Shown here piece by piece: positions 16,780-25,289 of a stretch of DNA of 35,867 nt. Position numbers and translations under genes: made by a program. Position 1 is the first letter of the stretch; the number at the start of each line of letters is the position of its first letter. Source of the DNA: Bacteroidia bacterium (GTDB lineage: Bacteria; Bacteroidota; Bacteroidia; NS11-12g; UBA9320); the NCBI GenBank assembly GCA_029253325.1, contig JAQWZS010000075.1:1-35867 (forward strand), in the 5' to 3' direction. The notes beneath the pieces are model-generated. The model made no database searches. It was not told the origin of the DNA and saw only the letters and a list, made by a program, of their open reading frames with translations.

Positions 16780-17820
16780 TCAAACCCAGACGTTCCATTC
16801 ATCGTGATTTTTCAAACCAAATTTGCAATCATCTAGATCTAGTTTAATCTGAACAATCGGAGCATAGGTGTCAGAATTTACCTTAAATAATTGATCATCA
16901 ATCATAAGTTCGTTGATATAGGTAACAGCCGCTGCTGTTCCTGTAGCAAAGAGACAATCAACTTCACCAGCAGCTAGCTCAGATTTTATTCGATCTGCGG
17001 ATATAGCCTCCTCATATACCTCCATACCAGATTCTCTAGCTAGAGTAATTACTGTATTTCGTGTAATTCCATTGAGTATACTATCCCTCATCTTTGGAGT
17101 ATACAAAACACCCTTCTTTACATAAAAGAAATTAGCACTTCCTAGTTCTTCAAGTTTAAAATCATCGGTAATATCAGTCCACAATACCTGGTCAAAGCCT
17201 AACTCCTTTGCTTGATTGGACGGATAAAACGAAGCAGCATAATTCCCTGCAGCCTTAGCATAACCAATTCCACCTGTAGCCGCACGACGATATTGTTTAT
17301 TAATCATTACACGTAGAGGTACTGAATAGTAGAAACCTACTGGACATGCAATGACTACAAACTTATATCCCTTACTTGGCACCGCCCTCAATGTATTATC
17401 TGTAGAAATCATAAAAGGACGAACGTACAGCGAACCCTGACTTCGGTTAGGTACCCATTCACGTTGGAGTTCCACAAATTTCTTTACAGCATCCAGTGCT
17501 TGAGAAACATCAATTTGAGGCATCAAAAGACGCTCAGCAGATTTATTGAATCGCTTCAGATTGTCATGTAACCTAAAGATATTCACCTTACCATTATCTA
17601 GTTTATATGCTTTTAGCCCCTCAAAAACTGCTTGACCATAATGAAAAACAGACATTGCTGGATGAAAACTCAATTCCTTCAATGGCTCAATAGAATACTC
17701 ACTCCAAGAGTGTCCATCATGATCCATAACCATCATGTAATCTGAAAATGTTTTCCCAAAATCAAGTTGATTAAAATCAACATCTTTTAGGTTAGAATCT
17801 GTGATTTGATTGATTTTCAT
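16780..17820 (-). CDS. ilvE: branched-chain amino acid aminotransferase
   Basis: Motifs FEGLKAYK and GYAKAAGNYAAS (PLP-lysine region). The ORF opens at 17886, but MKINQITD... (ATG 17820) matches the usual N-terminus and a -7 box lies inside the extension. Confidence 0.9.
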   Translation of the reverse strand: MKINQITDSNLKDVDFNQLDFGKTFSDYMMVMDHDGHSWSEYSIEPLKELSFHPAMSVFHYGQAVFEGLKAYKLDNGKVNIFRLHDNLKRFNKSAERLLMPQIDVSQALDAVKKFVELQREWVPNRSQGSLYVRPFMISTDNTLRAVPSKGYKFVVIACPVGFYYSVPLRVMINKQYRRAATGGIGYAKAAGNYAASFYPSNQAKELGFDQVLWTDITDDFKLEELGSANFFYVKKGVLYTPKMRDSILNGITRNTVITLARESGMEVYEEAISADRIKSELAAGEVDCLFATGTAAAVTYINELMIDDQLFKVNSDTYAPIVQIKLDLDDCKFGLKNHDEWNVWV

Positions 17821-17825
17821 TGGTG

Positions 17826-17833
17826 CAAAGTTA
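17826..17833 (-). promoter_or_regulatory. candidate -7 promoter box (TAACTTTG) for ilvE
   Basis: Minus strand reads TAACTTTG, an exact TAnnTTTG match, only 5 nt upstream of ATG 17820. This implies a leaderless or near-leaderless mRNA. Confidence 0.3.
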
Positions 17834-17963
17834 TAACCTATTCTTCTATCTTCGGTTACTTCCAACCAAATTGTTAAAAATAGCATCCTTAACCAGCTTA
17901 TTTTCAGATGTTTTTAATAAAAAAATAAATCTATCCAAAAAAATTTGTTGATTTGTCTTTAAA

Positions 17964-18482
17964 ATGGATTCATTTGACCATATAGATATTGAACTACTTT
18001 TCAAATCGGTAGTCATTTTACCTCAAGATTCTACAAAAAAAGAACAAAAATTAGGAGTCGAAAAAGAGTTAGATGAGCCTCAATCATACAATGATAAAAG
18101 CTCAACTAGTGAAGTCAGTGAACCACAAAATACATTAAGCACTCCTACTCAATCATGTACTATACTCACAACTAAAGAACTTGTAGAAAATTTTATAGCC
18201 GAAGGAAGCAGTTTCCAAAAAATCCTAGAAGCATTAAACATCAGCACAGCAAAAAAGCATTTAACCACAGATGTAGGTCTTGACAAGTTAAAAGAATACA
18301 AATGTGTTTGGTGCTTGGGATTACCCCATGATATGGAAGCTAAAATATTAAAGATTAATCATCCAAATCTTATACTGTCTCCTAACATATTAGACTTGAA
18401 AACAAAAGAAGAAAAAATGGCCATGTACACCCCTCTAAAAGAATTCGTATCCAAAAACAACGATCTGTTTACTTCAGCATAA
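17964..18482 (+). CDS. hypothetical protein (acidic, S/T/E/Q-rich N-terminal half; ~100-aa C-terminal globular part)
   Basis: 172-aa ORF with no signal peptide or TM segment and no motif I recognise; same strand as, and 124 nt upstream of, the 802-aa gene. Confidence 0.55.
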   Translation: MDSFDHIDIELLFKSVVILPQDSTKKEQKLGVEKELDEPQSYNDKSSTSEVSEPQNTLSTPTQSCTILTTKELVENFIAEGSSFQKILEALNISTAKKHLTTDVGLDKLKEYKCVWCLGLPHDMEAKILKINHPNLILSPNILDLKTKEEKMAMYTPLKEFVSKNNDLFTSA

Positions 18483-18575
18483 GAGCTTCAAACAAACTAA
18501 GCTATGTGTAATTAAGCGATTATCTATTTAGATTTCTTATGACTTGCAATGCGACCACAAAGACAAGTGTTTTGT

Positions 18576-18583
18576 TATCTTTG
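18576..18583 (+). promoter_or_regulatory. candidate -7 promoter box (TATCTTTG) for the 802-aa gene
   Basis: Exact TAnnTTTG match 23 nt upstream of ATG 18607. It lies inside the TTG-initiated ORF extension (18544), which supports the ATG start. Confidence 0.3.
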
Positions 18584-18606
18584 CTCACTTTTATTTATGT
18601 GAATTC

Positions 18607-21015
18607 ATGTTAAGTAAAGACAATTTTACAAACTATAAACATCAATCGTTTTTTCTCAAATTGAAAGAATTAGCTCAGTCTAATTCTATCGACCCTTTTA
18701 ATTTCAAAATGATATTTTTTGGAGGAACGGGTGCAGTAGGTGGACAAGCAGTGATTGAAATTATATCGTCTTTCAATTACATTAAAGATGCTCAAACTTC
18801 CCTTGCTAATGCAACTCCTAAATTAGTCATCACTGGAATAAATAGAAGTCAAATTGATCAATTTTGCAGCAAATTATTTCAAATATTCGGAAAGCAGAAA
18901 TTTGAAGAGATTGAAAAAAATGGAGATGAGTCCACACTATTGTATGACCGATTCATCGAACTTCATTTCAAAACATTAATGGCTGTGCCCAAGTTTCACG
19001 TTGATTTAGATAAGGCCTTAAATCAATTTAAAAACAAGGAGGAAAAGGTGAATTATCTGATTTCAGAAGCGAGTAAAACAACGTCACCATTCGAGGCATT
19101 TGTTAAAAAAATAAAACAAGAATTAGGTCTTGGAACCAATGACCGTTTTAGAGCAATATTCAGTGGCATTCCAGTTCCTAGTGTAGCTACCTACCATTTT
19201 GAGTCCATTGATAAATTACTCATCAAGCATGGAATAGCTCAAGGAGACACCGATAAGCACATCGAAAGATCCATCAAAAAAGAAATTTTAAAAGGTCTGG
19301 CTGAAGATTTTGGAGATATTAAAAAACACCACGCAGGAGAAGTACTCATGGCACATACTACATCTGTTGGGGGCATGTATCAGATTATCAATGGCGAACC
19401 TGTGATTAAGCTGGGATATGCTCACTCATCACTCGGAGATCTTCTCAAAGAAAAGCAGTTCTATGCCAATGAATTAACCATTCAGTATTCGAATTTTAAC
19501 CTAAAAAGCCTTGTAACAGCGAGTGCTATTGGCATCGACTATATTTACACAAGTAGCACGCTACCTTTGAGCAGTGGTGTTTCTAGAAAATATCGTACCG
19601 CAGCAGAAAAAAATAAACTTCCCTTCGATCTAAAAGTAACCTTTGATAAAAAAGGGGAACGACTCTTAAACAAAATTTTTCCATTTCAGACTCTACCTGT
19701 TAGCCATCCAGTATCCGATACAAAAGGTAACCCTATAGCTAAGACCAACCTTAATTTTGGAAATAATAAAGACAACATACCCAGTCTCAATGTAAATTAT
19801 GCCTTGAGAAGTGGAGAAAATGGCCTTTTCTCTTTAGACAATGCTTATGCTCTCTACCTCAATATGAAAATTGCATCACAAGAAGAGTTAGCACATGTAT
19901 TAGTAAGCAATGCACTATTGGGAGATGACGAACAAAAACCTTGGTTTGACCAACACGGGATTTGCTATTATACCCAAACAGATAATTCAAGCTTAATTTT
20001 TTCCCTACTAAACAATCGTAAAGAGTTTAGAAAATACCAAACCAGTGCATTCACTGTAAAGGCTTTTCAAGAACTGGGAAGCAGCAAGCATCAGGCAGAA
20101 CTTCATATGCATGGATTATTTATTTTGATGCATAAATTGAAAAATTTAAGCTCTCAGAATATTGCATCTGTAATTACCTCTAAGTATAAGGAACAAGAAG
20201 TCAAGGATTTTGTAGACAACAATACACCACACCTACTTTTGGAGGACATTGTATCTTATGGTAAAGATACCCAAGCATTGGCCACTACTTTTAGCTCGCT
20301 TCTCTCCATTAAATCCGTCGGAGAAATGGCCGAATTTACGGGTTATACTGGCGAACTGTCTGGATTTATAAAGGTGTTTTTCAATGGATTATACGCGGCA
20401 GTATCTCAAACTGTTCGGGCAATTACATCCCTTGGAAATCCCATCATCTTTCGAAATAGTTCAGGCAAAGACCAAATATTGGCTGGCCCCTATTTTGCTC
20501 CACTTGATTTGGTATTGGACACCAATTATACTCTCATCGAAACCATAGACCAACTATGCAAAGAGCACAAGCTCAATCGTGAGGCAATGATTAATTGGTT
20601 GGTATGTAACAATGGATTTGTGGATCTAAGACCTGAGGCTATTCTGAATACTGCAAAGTCGTTTGATCAAGGTTTGGATGACCACATATCGGTCATTGAA
20701 CAAGCAGACCAATTCAGAAAGCAGGTGCAGCAACTCAAACTAAAAAACAGACGCAATATCCATGAAAATATTCACTTTAACAGCAGTGGGCTATTGGCTT
20801 ATTGTGGACGAATCACAGGACTTTATGAACAACTCGAAAAGTTTGATCTAAGTCTTGGTACCTACAACGGTTGGAAAGCACTTTTTCCAATTGATGATAA
20901 GTATAACCACATCCTCATTCCTGGGTTAGTAGAGGCCATGAGGCACTACAGTGAGGGGCTTGGCAAAATAACTGGTACCGAATTCTTGTATCCAAAATAC
21001 GGATACTTTGACTAG
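18607..21015 (+). CDS. large uncharacterised cytoplasmic protein with N-terminal Rossmann-type dinucleotide-binding motif
   Basis: 802 aa from ATG 18607. It has a beta-strand/Gly-rich loop KMIFFGGTGAVGGQAVIEII followed by KLVITG. The remaining ~700 aa carry no motif I can assign, and there is no TM segment or signal peptide. Confidence 0.6.
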   Translation: MLSKDNFTNYKHQSFFLKLKELAQSNSIDPFNFKMIFFGGTGAVGGQAVIEIISSFNYIKDAQTSLANATPKLVITGINRSQIDQFCSKLFQIFGKQKFEEIEKNGDESTLLYDRFIELHFKTLMAVPKFHVDLDKALNQFKNKEEKVNYLISEASKTTSPFEAFVKKIKQELGLGTNDRFRAIFSGIPVPSVATYHFESIDKLLIKHGIAQGDTDKHIERSIKKEILKGLAEDFGDIKKHHAGEVLMAHTTSVGGMYQIINGEPVIKLGYAHSSLGDLLKEKQFYANELTIQYSNFNLKSLVTASAIGIDYIYTSSTLPLSSGVSRKYRTAAEKNKLPFDLKVTFDKKGERLLNKIFPFQTLPVSHPVSDTKGNPIAKTNLNFGNNKDNIPSLNVNYALRSGENGLFSLDNAYALYLNMKIASQEELAHVLVSNALLGDDEQKPWFDQHGICYYTQTDNSSLIFSLLNNRKEFRKYQTSAFTVKAFQELGSSKHQAELHMHGLFILMHKLKNLSSQNIASVITSKYKEQEVKDFVDNNTPHLLLEDIVSYGKDTQALATTFSSLLSIKSVGEMAEFTGYTGELSGFIKVFFNGLYAAVSQTVRAITSLGNPIIFRNSSGKDQILAGPYFAPLDLVLDTNYTLIETIDQLCKEHKLNREAMINWLVCNNGFVDLRPEAILNTAKSFDQGLDDHISVIEQADQFRKQVQQLKLKNRRNIHENIHFNSSGLLAYCGRITGLYEQLEKFDLSLGTYNGWKALFPIDDKYNHILIPGLVEAMRHYSEGLGKITGTEFLYPKYGYFD

Positions 21016-21028
21016 AATCCTCTGATTC

Positions 21029-21065
21029 AATATCATATCCAAATATGACGAATATCATAAATAGT
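21029..21065 (+). repeat. intergenic repeat element, copy B (AATATCATATCCAAATAT-GACG-AATATCATA-AATAGT)
   Basis: Exact blocks shared with 5635-5677, in the same orientation. It starts 13 nt after the stop of the 802-aa gene and ends 46 nt before the mscS-family ATG. Confidence 0.85.
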
Positions 21066-21111
21066 GACTTATTCCAGTTTCATATTTGCTTCAACGTAAA
21101 TTATAGATAAA

Positions 21112-21933
21112 ATGAATATTGAAGAAATAACAGCACAAATTACCGATATGGTCATTGAGTATGCCCCCAAATTTGCTTTAGCCATTATTACCCTAGTGGT
21201 TGGAATGTGGGTCATAAAACGCCTCATGAAGTGGGTAGAACCCAAAATAAATAAGTCAACCAAAGACGAAACATTAGGCAGCTTCTTAAGCTCTATACTT
21301 GGTACATTAATGAAAGTTATGCTGTTGCTCTCAGTAGCATCCATGTTTGGAATAGACACTGCATCGTTTATTGCCATATTTGGTGCGGTAATGGTAGGTG
21401 TTGGTATGGCTCTTAATGGAAGTATTGGTCACATTGCAAGCGGGGTAATGCTTATGATTTTTAAACCCTTCAAAGTTGGAGATTTGGTTGTAATTGGCGG
21501 TGGTCAAACAACCGGAACTGTTGACTCTGTTAACGCATTTAACACCATACTTGCCACCTTAGATAATAAACGCATCATTATAGCCAATGGAAATGTGACT
21601 GGCAATGACATTACCAATATCTCAGGTCAAGGTATAGTGGGTGTAGAACTTACCTACGGAATCTCATATAGTGCGGACATTGATAAAGCTAAAAATATCA
21701 TAAAGTCTGTAGGTGACACATGCCCTTATGTTCTAGATGATCCTGATCAAGGTGTTGTAGTGGCTAATCTAGGAGATAGTTCTGTAGATATAGCTACACG
21801 ACCATTCTGCAAAAGTGAGCACTACTGGGACACCATGTTTTATATGCAAGAAAATGTAAAAAAACAGTTTGATGAAAAAGGTATTAATATCCCATTTCCA
21901 AACTTGGAGGTTCATATGATGAACAAAAATTAA
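21112..21933 (+). CDS. mscS: small-conductance mechanosensitive channel (MscS family)
   Basis: 273 aa; three N-terminal TM segments, then the MscS beta-domain signature FKPFKVGDLV..GTVDSVNAFNTILATLDNKRIIIANGNV. Confidence 0.85.
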   Translation: MNIEEITAQITDMVIEYAPKFALAIITLVVGMWVIKRLMKWVEPKINKSTKDETLGSFLSSILGTLMKVMLLLSVASMFGIDTASFIAIFGAVMVGVGMALNGSIGHIASGVMLMIFKPFKVGDLVVIGGGQTTGTVDSVNAFNTILATLDNKRIIIANGNVTGNDITNISGQGIVGVELTYGISYSADIDKAKNIIKSVGDTCPYVLDDPDQGVVVANLGDSSVDIATRPFCKSEHYWDTMFYMQENVKKQFDEKGINIPFPNLEVHMMNKN

Positions 21934-23252
21934 TCTACATTATCATGTAGAAAAGAGTTGTTCGTTCTCAACTCTGGCTTAGATTCTGGCTCTTCTATAA
22001 GACTTGTTCGTGAGATTTCCATCTCAGAAGAATGATTCACTTCATTTAAAGTGACATTTCTTCGTTTGTATGCTGGTATGTTTTCCATTTTCTCAATACC
22101 CTCTTGTCCCGACTTATTGACATGAGTTGGATTTGAATCTTTTTGGGTATCACTATTTGCAATAGAATCAAAAATGGTAATTTGCTTTTGAGCGTCTAAT
22201 TCCTCCAGTGTTAAATTTTCATTGACATTTACACCACCCAAATTATACTCTACATCACTATTTGAAGCAATGGCATTATATCGATTCTCTACTCGATTAA
22301 AACCAGTAGCTATAACGGTCACACTAAGACTTCGGCCTAAGTTTTCGTCATAACAAAGACCACATTTCAAGTTGGCATCACTTCCTGTTTCTGCTTGTAG
22401 GTATTCATTAATCGTAGCATATTCATCCATAGTAGCCTCTTCGTCACCATATGAAATATTAACCAACAGATCACTTGCTCCCTGTATCTTATTGTCATCC
22501 AATAACGGAGAGTTCAAGGCCTGACTAACTGCACGCATGGCTCGATCATCACCCTCTGAGGCACCCATTCCCATAATTGACACGCCACTACCTGTCATTG
22601 CCGTTTTGACATCCTCAAAATCAACATTAATACTTCCAGCAATTGTAATAATTTCTGCTATTCCTTTTGCTGCTGTTGCCAAGATATTGTCTGCATAACC
22701 AAAAGCCTTACTAATGGGTAAATTCCCATAAATTTCCTTGATTCGATCATTAGAAACCACCAATAGTGAATCAACACTGTCTCTGATTTCTTCTATTCCA
22801 TGAAAGGCTGCTGTACATCGCTTGTTTCCCTCAAACATGAATGGAGTAGTAACAATACCTACCGTCAAAATTCCTTTGTCTTTGGCAGCTTTAGCTATTA
22901 CTGGTGCTGCCCCAGTTCCGGTACCTCCACCCATACCAGCAGTAATAAATACCATTTGGGTATTAGAACCCAATGACTCGATAATATCGTGAATATTCTC
23001 TTCTGCTGCTTTTCTTCCTATCTCCGGATTTGACCCAGCTCCTCTACCTTCAGTAAGTGAACTGCCAATCTGAACTTTATTCATGATTGGGCTTTTCTCT
23101 AGTGCTTGAGCATCGGTATTGCAGATAAAAAAATCAACACCTTGTATTCCTTCAGAATACATGTGATTTACGGCATTTCCTCCACCGCCTCCTACACCAA
23201 TTACTTTAATGATGGACGATCTATCTTTGGGTAATTCTACTGTAAAACTCAT
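21930..23252 (-). CDS. ftsZ: cell division GTPase FtsZ
   Basis: 440 aa; [13 protein letters not shown] and tubulin signature [13 protein letters not shown]; C-terminal peptide IPAYKRR followed by a 42-aa tail ending [10 protein letters not shown]. Confidence 0.97.
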   Translation of the reverse strand: MSFTVELPKDRSSIIKVIGVGGGGGNAVNHMYSEGIQGVDFFICNTDAQALEKSPIMNKVQIGSSLTEGRGAGSNPEIGRKAAEENIHDIIESLGSNTQMVFITAGMGGGTGTGAAPVIAKAAKDKGILTVGIVTTPFMFEGNKRCTAAFHGIEEIRDSVDSLLVVSNDRIKEIYGNLPISKAFGYADNILATAAKGIAEIITIAGSINVDFEDVKTAMTGSGVSIMGMGASEGDDRAMRAVSQALNSPLLDDNKIQGASDLLVNISYGDEEATMDEYATINEYLQAETGSDANLKCGLCYDENLGRSLSVTVIATGFNRVENRYNAIASNSDVEYNLGGVNVNENLTLEELDAQKQITIFDSIANSDTQKDSNPTHVNKSGQEGIEKMENIPAYKRRNVTLNEVNHSSEMEISRTSLIEEPESKPELRTNNSFLHDNVD

Positions 23253-23257
23253 ATTTT

Positions 23258-24541
23258 TTATTTTTTGAAATCTTCAACTTCTACTTCGTCTTTTAACCAT
23301 TCTTTGATACGAGAGAATATCCCTACTTTATCACCTGAAGGTTTTGGTCCAGTACCAATAATATCTCCACCACCCTTTCGCTCAGCTGCTAATCCTCTGA
23401 GAACCAAGCCAACACCTGTGGCATAAATAGGACTTTTAACTTCTTCAACCATTCCCTTAGCCAAATGCTCGTTAGGGTAACCAATTCTTGCGTCCAGTCC
23501 TGTTACAAACTCAGCAAGTTGATCTACGTGTTTGAGTTGTGATCCACCTCCTGTGATAACAATTCCTCCAGCTAATTTTTTTTCTAAGCCACTTTGTTTT
23601 ATCTCAAAATGTACAAGCTCCATAATTTCTTGGATACGTGCTTGAATTACCTTTGAAAGGTTTTTTACCGATATTTCTTTGGCTGCTCTCCCCCTTATTC
23701 CAGGAATAGTAACAATTTCATTTTCATCTAGCTCACTAGCCAACGCACTTCCAAACTTTACCTTAAGGAGTTCTGCGTGTGCCTTCATAACATTACACCC
23801 TTGTTTGATATCTTCAGTAATGATATTTCCTCCATAAGGGATTACTGCAGTGTGGCAAATAATATTATCATAGAAAATTGCTACATCAGTAGTCCCTCCA
23901 CCAATATCAACTAAAACAACACCTGCTTCAAGTTCATCGCTACTCAAAACAGCTTCTGAAGATGCAAGAGGTTCAAGAGCAATATCTGTCACTTGCAAGT
24001 TAGATTTTTCAACACACTTGTAAATATTTTTGGCAGCAGAAATCTGACCTGTAATGACATGAAAATTTCCCTCAACTTTCACTCCAGCCATTCCAATCGG
24101 ATCAATGATTCCTGGCTCATCATCTACTGTATACTCTTGAGGTAATACATGTAAAATCCGGTCTCCAGGTTTTACCGCAAGCTTAAACATGTCATTTTCT
24201 AATTTTTTCAAATCATCCGCATTTATTTCTGACTCTCCGTCATTACGAATAATCATTCCTCGATGTTGTAAACTATTAATATGAGCTCCTGCTATTCCTA
24301 CTTCAACACGTTGTATATCTACGTTAGATTTTTCAGATGCTTCTTTGATAGCCGCTTGTATGGCTGCTACGGTACGGTCAATATTCGAGACAACACCTCG
24401 GGTTACCCCTCCATGAGAAGCGACCTTTCCCATACCAAGGATATCTACTTTACCATACTGGTTTGCTCTACCTACAATGGCACAAACCTTGGTTGTACCT
24501 ATATCTAATCCAACAATAATTTTTTCTTGTGACTCTACCAT
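23258..24541 (-). CDS. ftsA: cell division protein FtsA (actin-like ATPase)
   Basis: 427 aa; GLDIGTTKVCAIVG and DIGGGTTDVAIF phosphate-binding motifs; position between ftsQ and ftsZ. Confidence 0.95.
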   Translation of the reverse strand: MVESQEKIIVGLDIGTTKVCAIVGRANQYGKVDILGMGKVASHGGVTRGVVSNIDRTVAAIQAAIKEASEKSNVDIQRVEVGIAGAHINSLQHRGMIIRNDGESEINADDLKKLENDMFKLAVKPGDRILHVLPQEYTVDDEPGIIDPIGMAGVKVEGNFHVITGQISAAKNIYKCVEKSNLQVTDIALEPLASSEAVLSSDELEAGVVLVDIGGGTTDVAIFYDNIICHTAVIPYGGNIITEDIKQGCNVMKAHAELLKVKFGSALASELDENEIVTIPGIRGRAAKEISVKNLSKVIQARIQEIMELVHFEIKQSGLEKKLAGGIVITGGGSQLKHVDQLAEFVTGLDARIGYPNEHLAKGMVEEVKSPIYATGVGLVLRGLAAERKGGGDIIGTGPKPSGDKVGIFSRIKEWLKDEVEVEDFKK

Positions 24542-24545
24542 ATTA

Positions 24546-25289
24546 CTATTTACAAACGATTTGATTCTTATATTTTAAGTTAATGATCCGATACTTATCC
24601 CACCCAATGTGTTTTAGCCCATCGACGTAAAAATCAATGAGTTTATCAAACTTTGCTGGAATATTAGTGGTATCTCCTATCACTATTTTTTGGTTATTAA
24701 TTTTTGGTATGATGATTAAATCACCCTTGTCTACAAATATCTGCTCTGTAATAGCATCTATAAATGCATTTTCATGCACATATGTGGATAGGGTGTACAC
24801 TTTCTTAATCATTTCAGAGCTTACATAATCATTGACCACTGGAACTCGTGCAATATCTACATCAAGGGATGGAATTCTTACCAAATCATCAGCTAGGTAA
24901 AAGGATTTCTTATTTGGAGGCATGATTCTAACTAATGGGACACGCTGAAGAATGTCAATCTTTAATTCCCCTTTCAAATCAAAACTCACTTCAGCCTCCT
25001 TTATCGCGGGAATATTTTCTAGTTTTTCTTCAATATCTGACAATGAAATCCCGTTTTGAGGAACACCAGATAATCCTCCGATATACCATTTATCTAACTT
25101 ATTTTTAATGATCTCATGAGTTATTAATTGTTTTTGAACTGGTGCCTCAATTACAATCTTCACATAAGTACAAATCTGATGTTGTTGATTTCTCTGAAGT
25201 AAGAATAAAATCACAAAAACGATGACAATTGATAAGACATACAAGCTCTTTCGTAGATATGGAATAATTTTACTAGCCATAGAACTCAT
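24546..25289 (-). CDS. ftsQ: cell division protein FtsQ (single TM + POTRA)
   Basis: 247 aa; N-terminal TM LYVLSIVIVFVILFLL; position between murC and ftsA; alternative start at 25280. Confidence 0.8.
   Translation of the reverse strand: MSSMASKIIPYLRKSLYVLSIVIVFVILFLLQRNQQHQICTYVKIVIEAPVQKQLITHEIIKNKLDKWYIGGLSGVPQNGISLSDIEEKLENIPAIKEAEVSFDLKGELKIDILQRVPLVRIMPPNKKSFYLADDLVRIPSLDVDIARVPVVNDYVSSEMIKKVYTLSTYVHENAFIDAITEQIFVDKGDLIIIPKINNQKIVIGDTTNIPAKFDKLIDFYVDGLKHIGWDKYRIINLKYKNQIVCK

Noticed and set aside
18250-18482. Faint resemblance of the 172-aa protein C-terminus (..ILSPNILDLKTKEEKMAMYTPLKEF) to the C-terminal region of DNA polymerase III psi (HolD)
   Set aside because: It rests on a few similarly spaced residues recalled from memory, which is far too weak to support a call without a profile search.
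18544-18606. TTG-initiated 21-codon extension of the 802-aa ORF (MQCDHKDKCFVIFAHFYLCEF)
   Set aside because: The Cys/Phe-rich extension contains the candidate -7 box TATCTTTG, so ATG 18607 is the more plausible start.
21069-21377. 102-aa minus-strand ORF overlapping the mscS-family gene start
   Set aside because: It is antisense to a well-supported MscS-family gene, and its start would lie inside that gene. No supporting signals.
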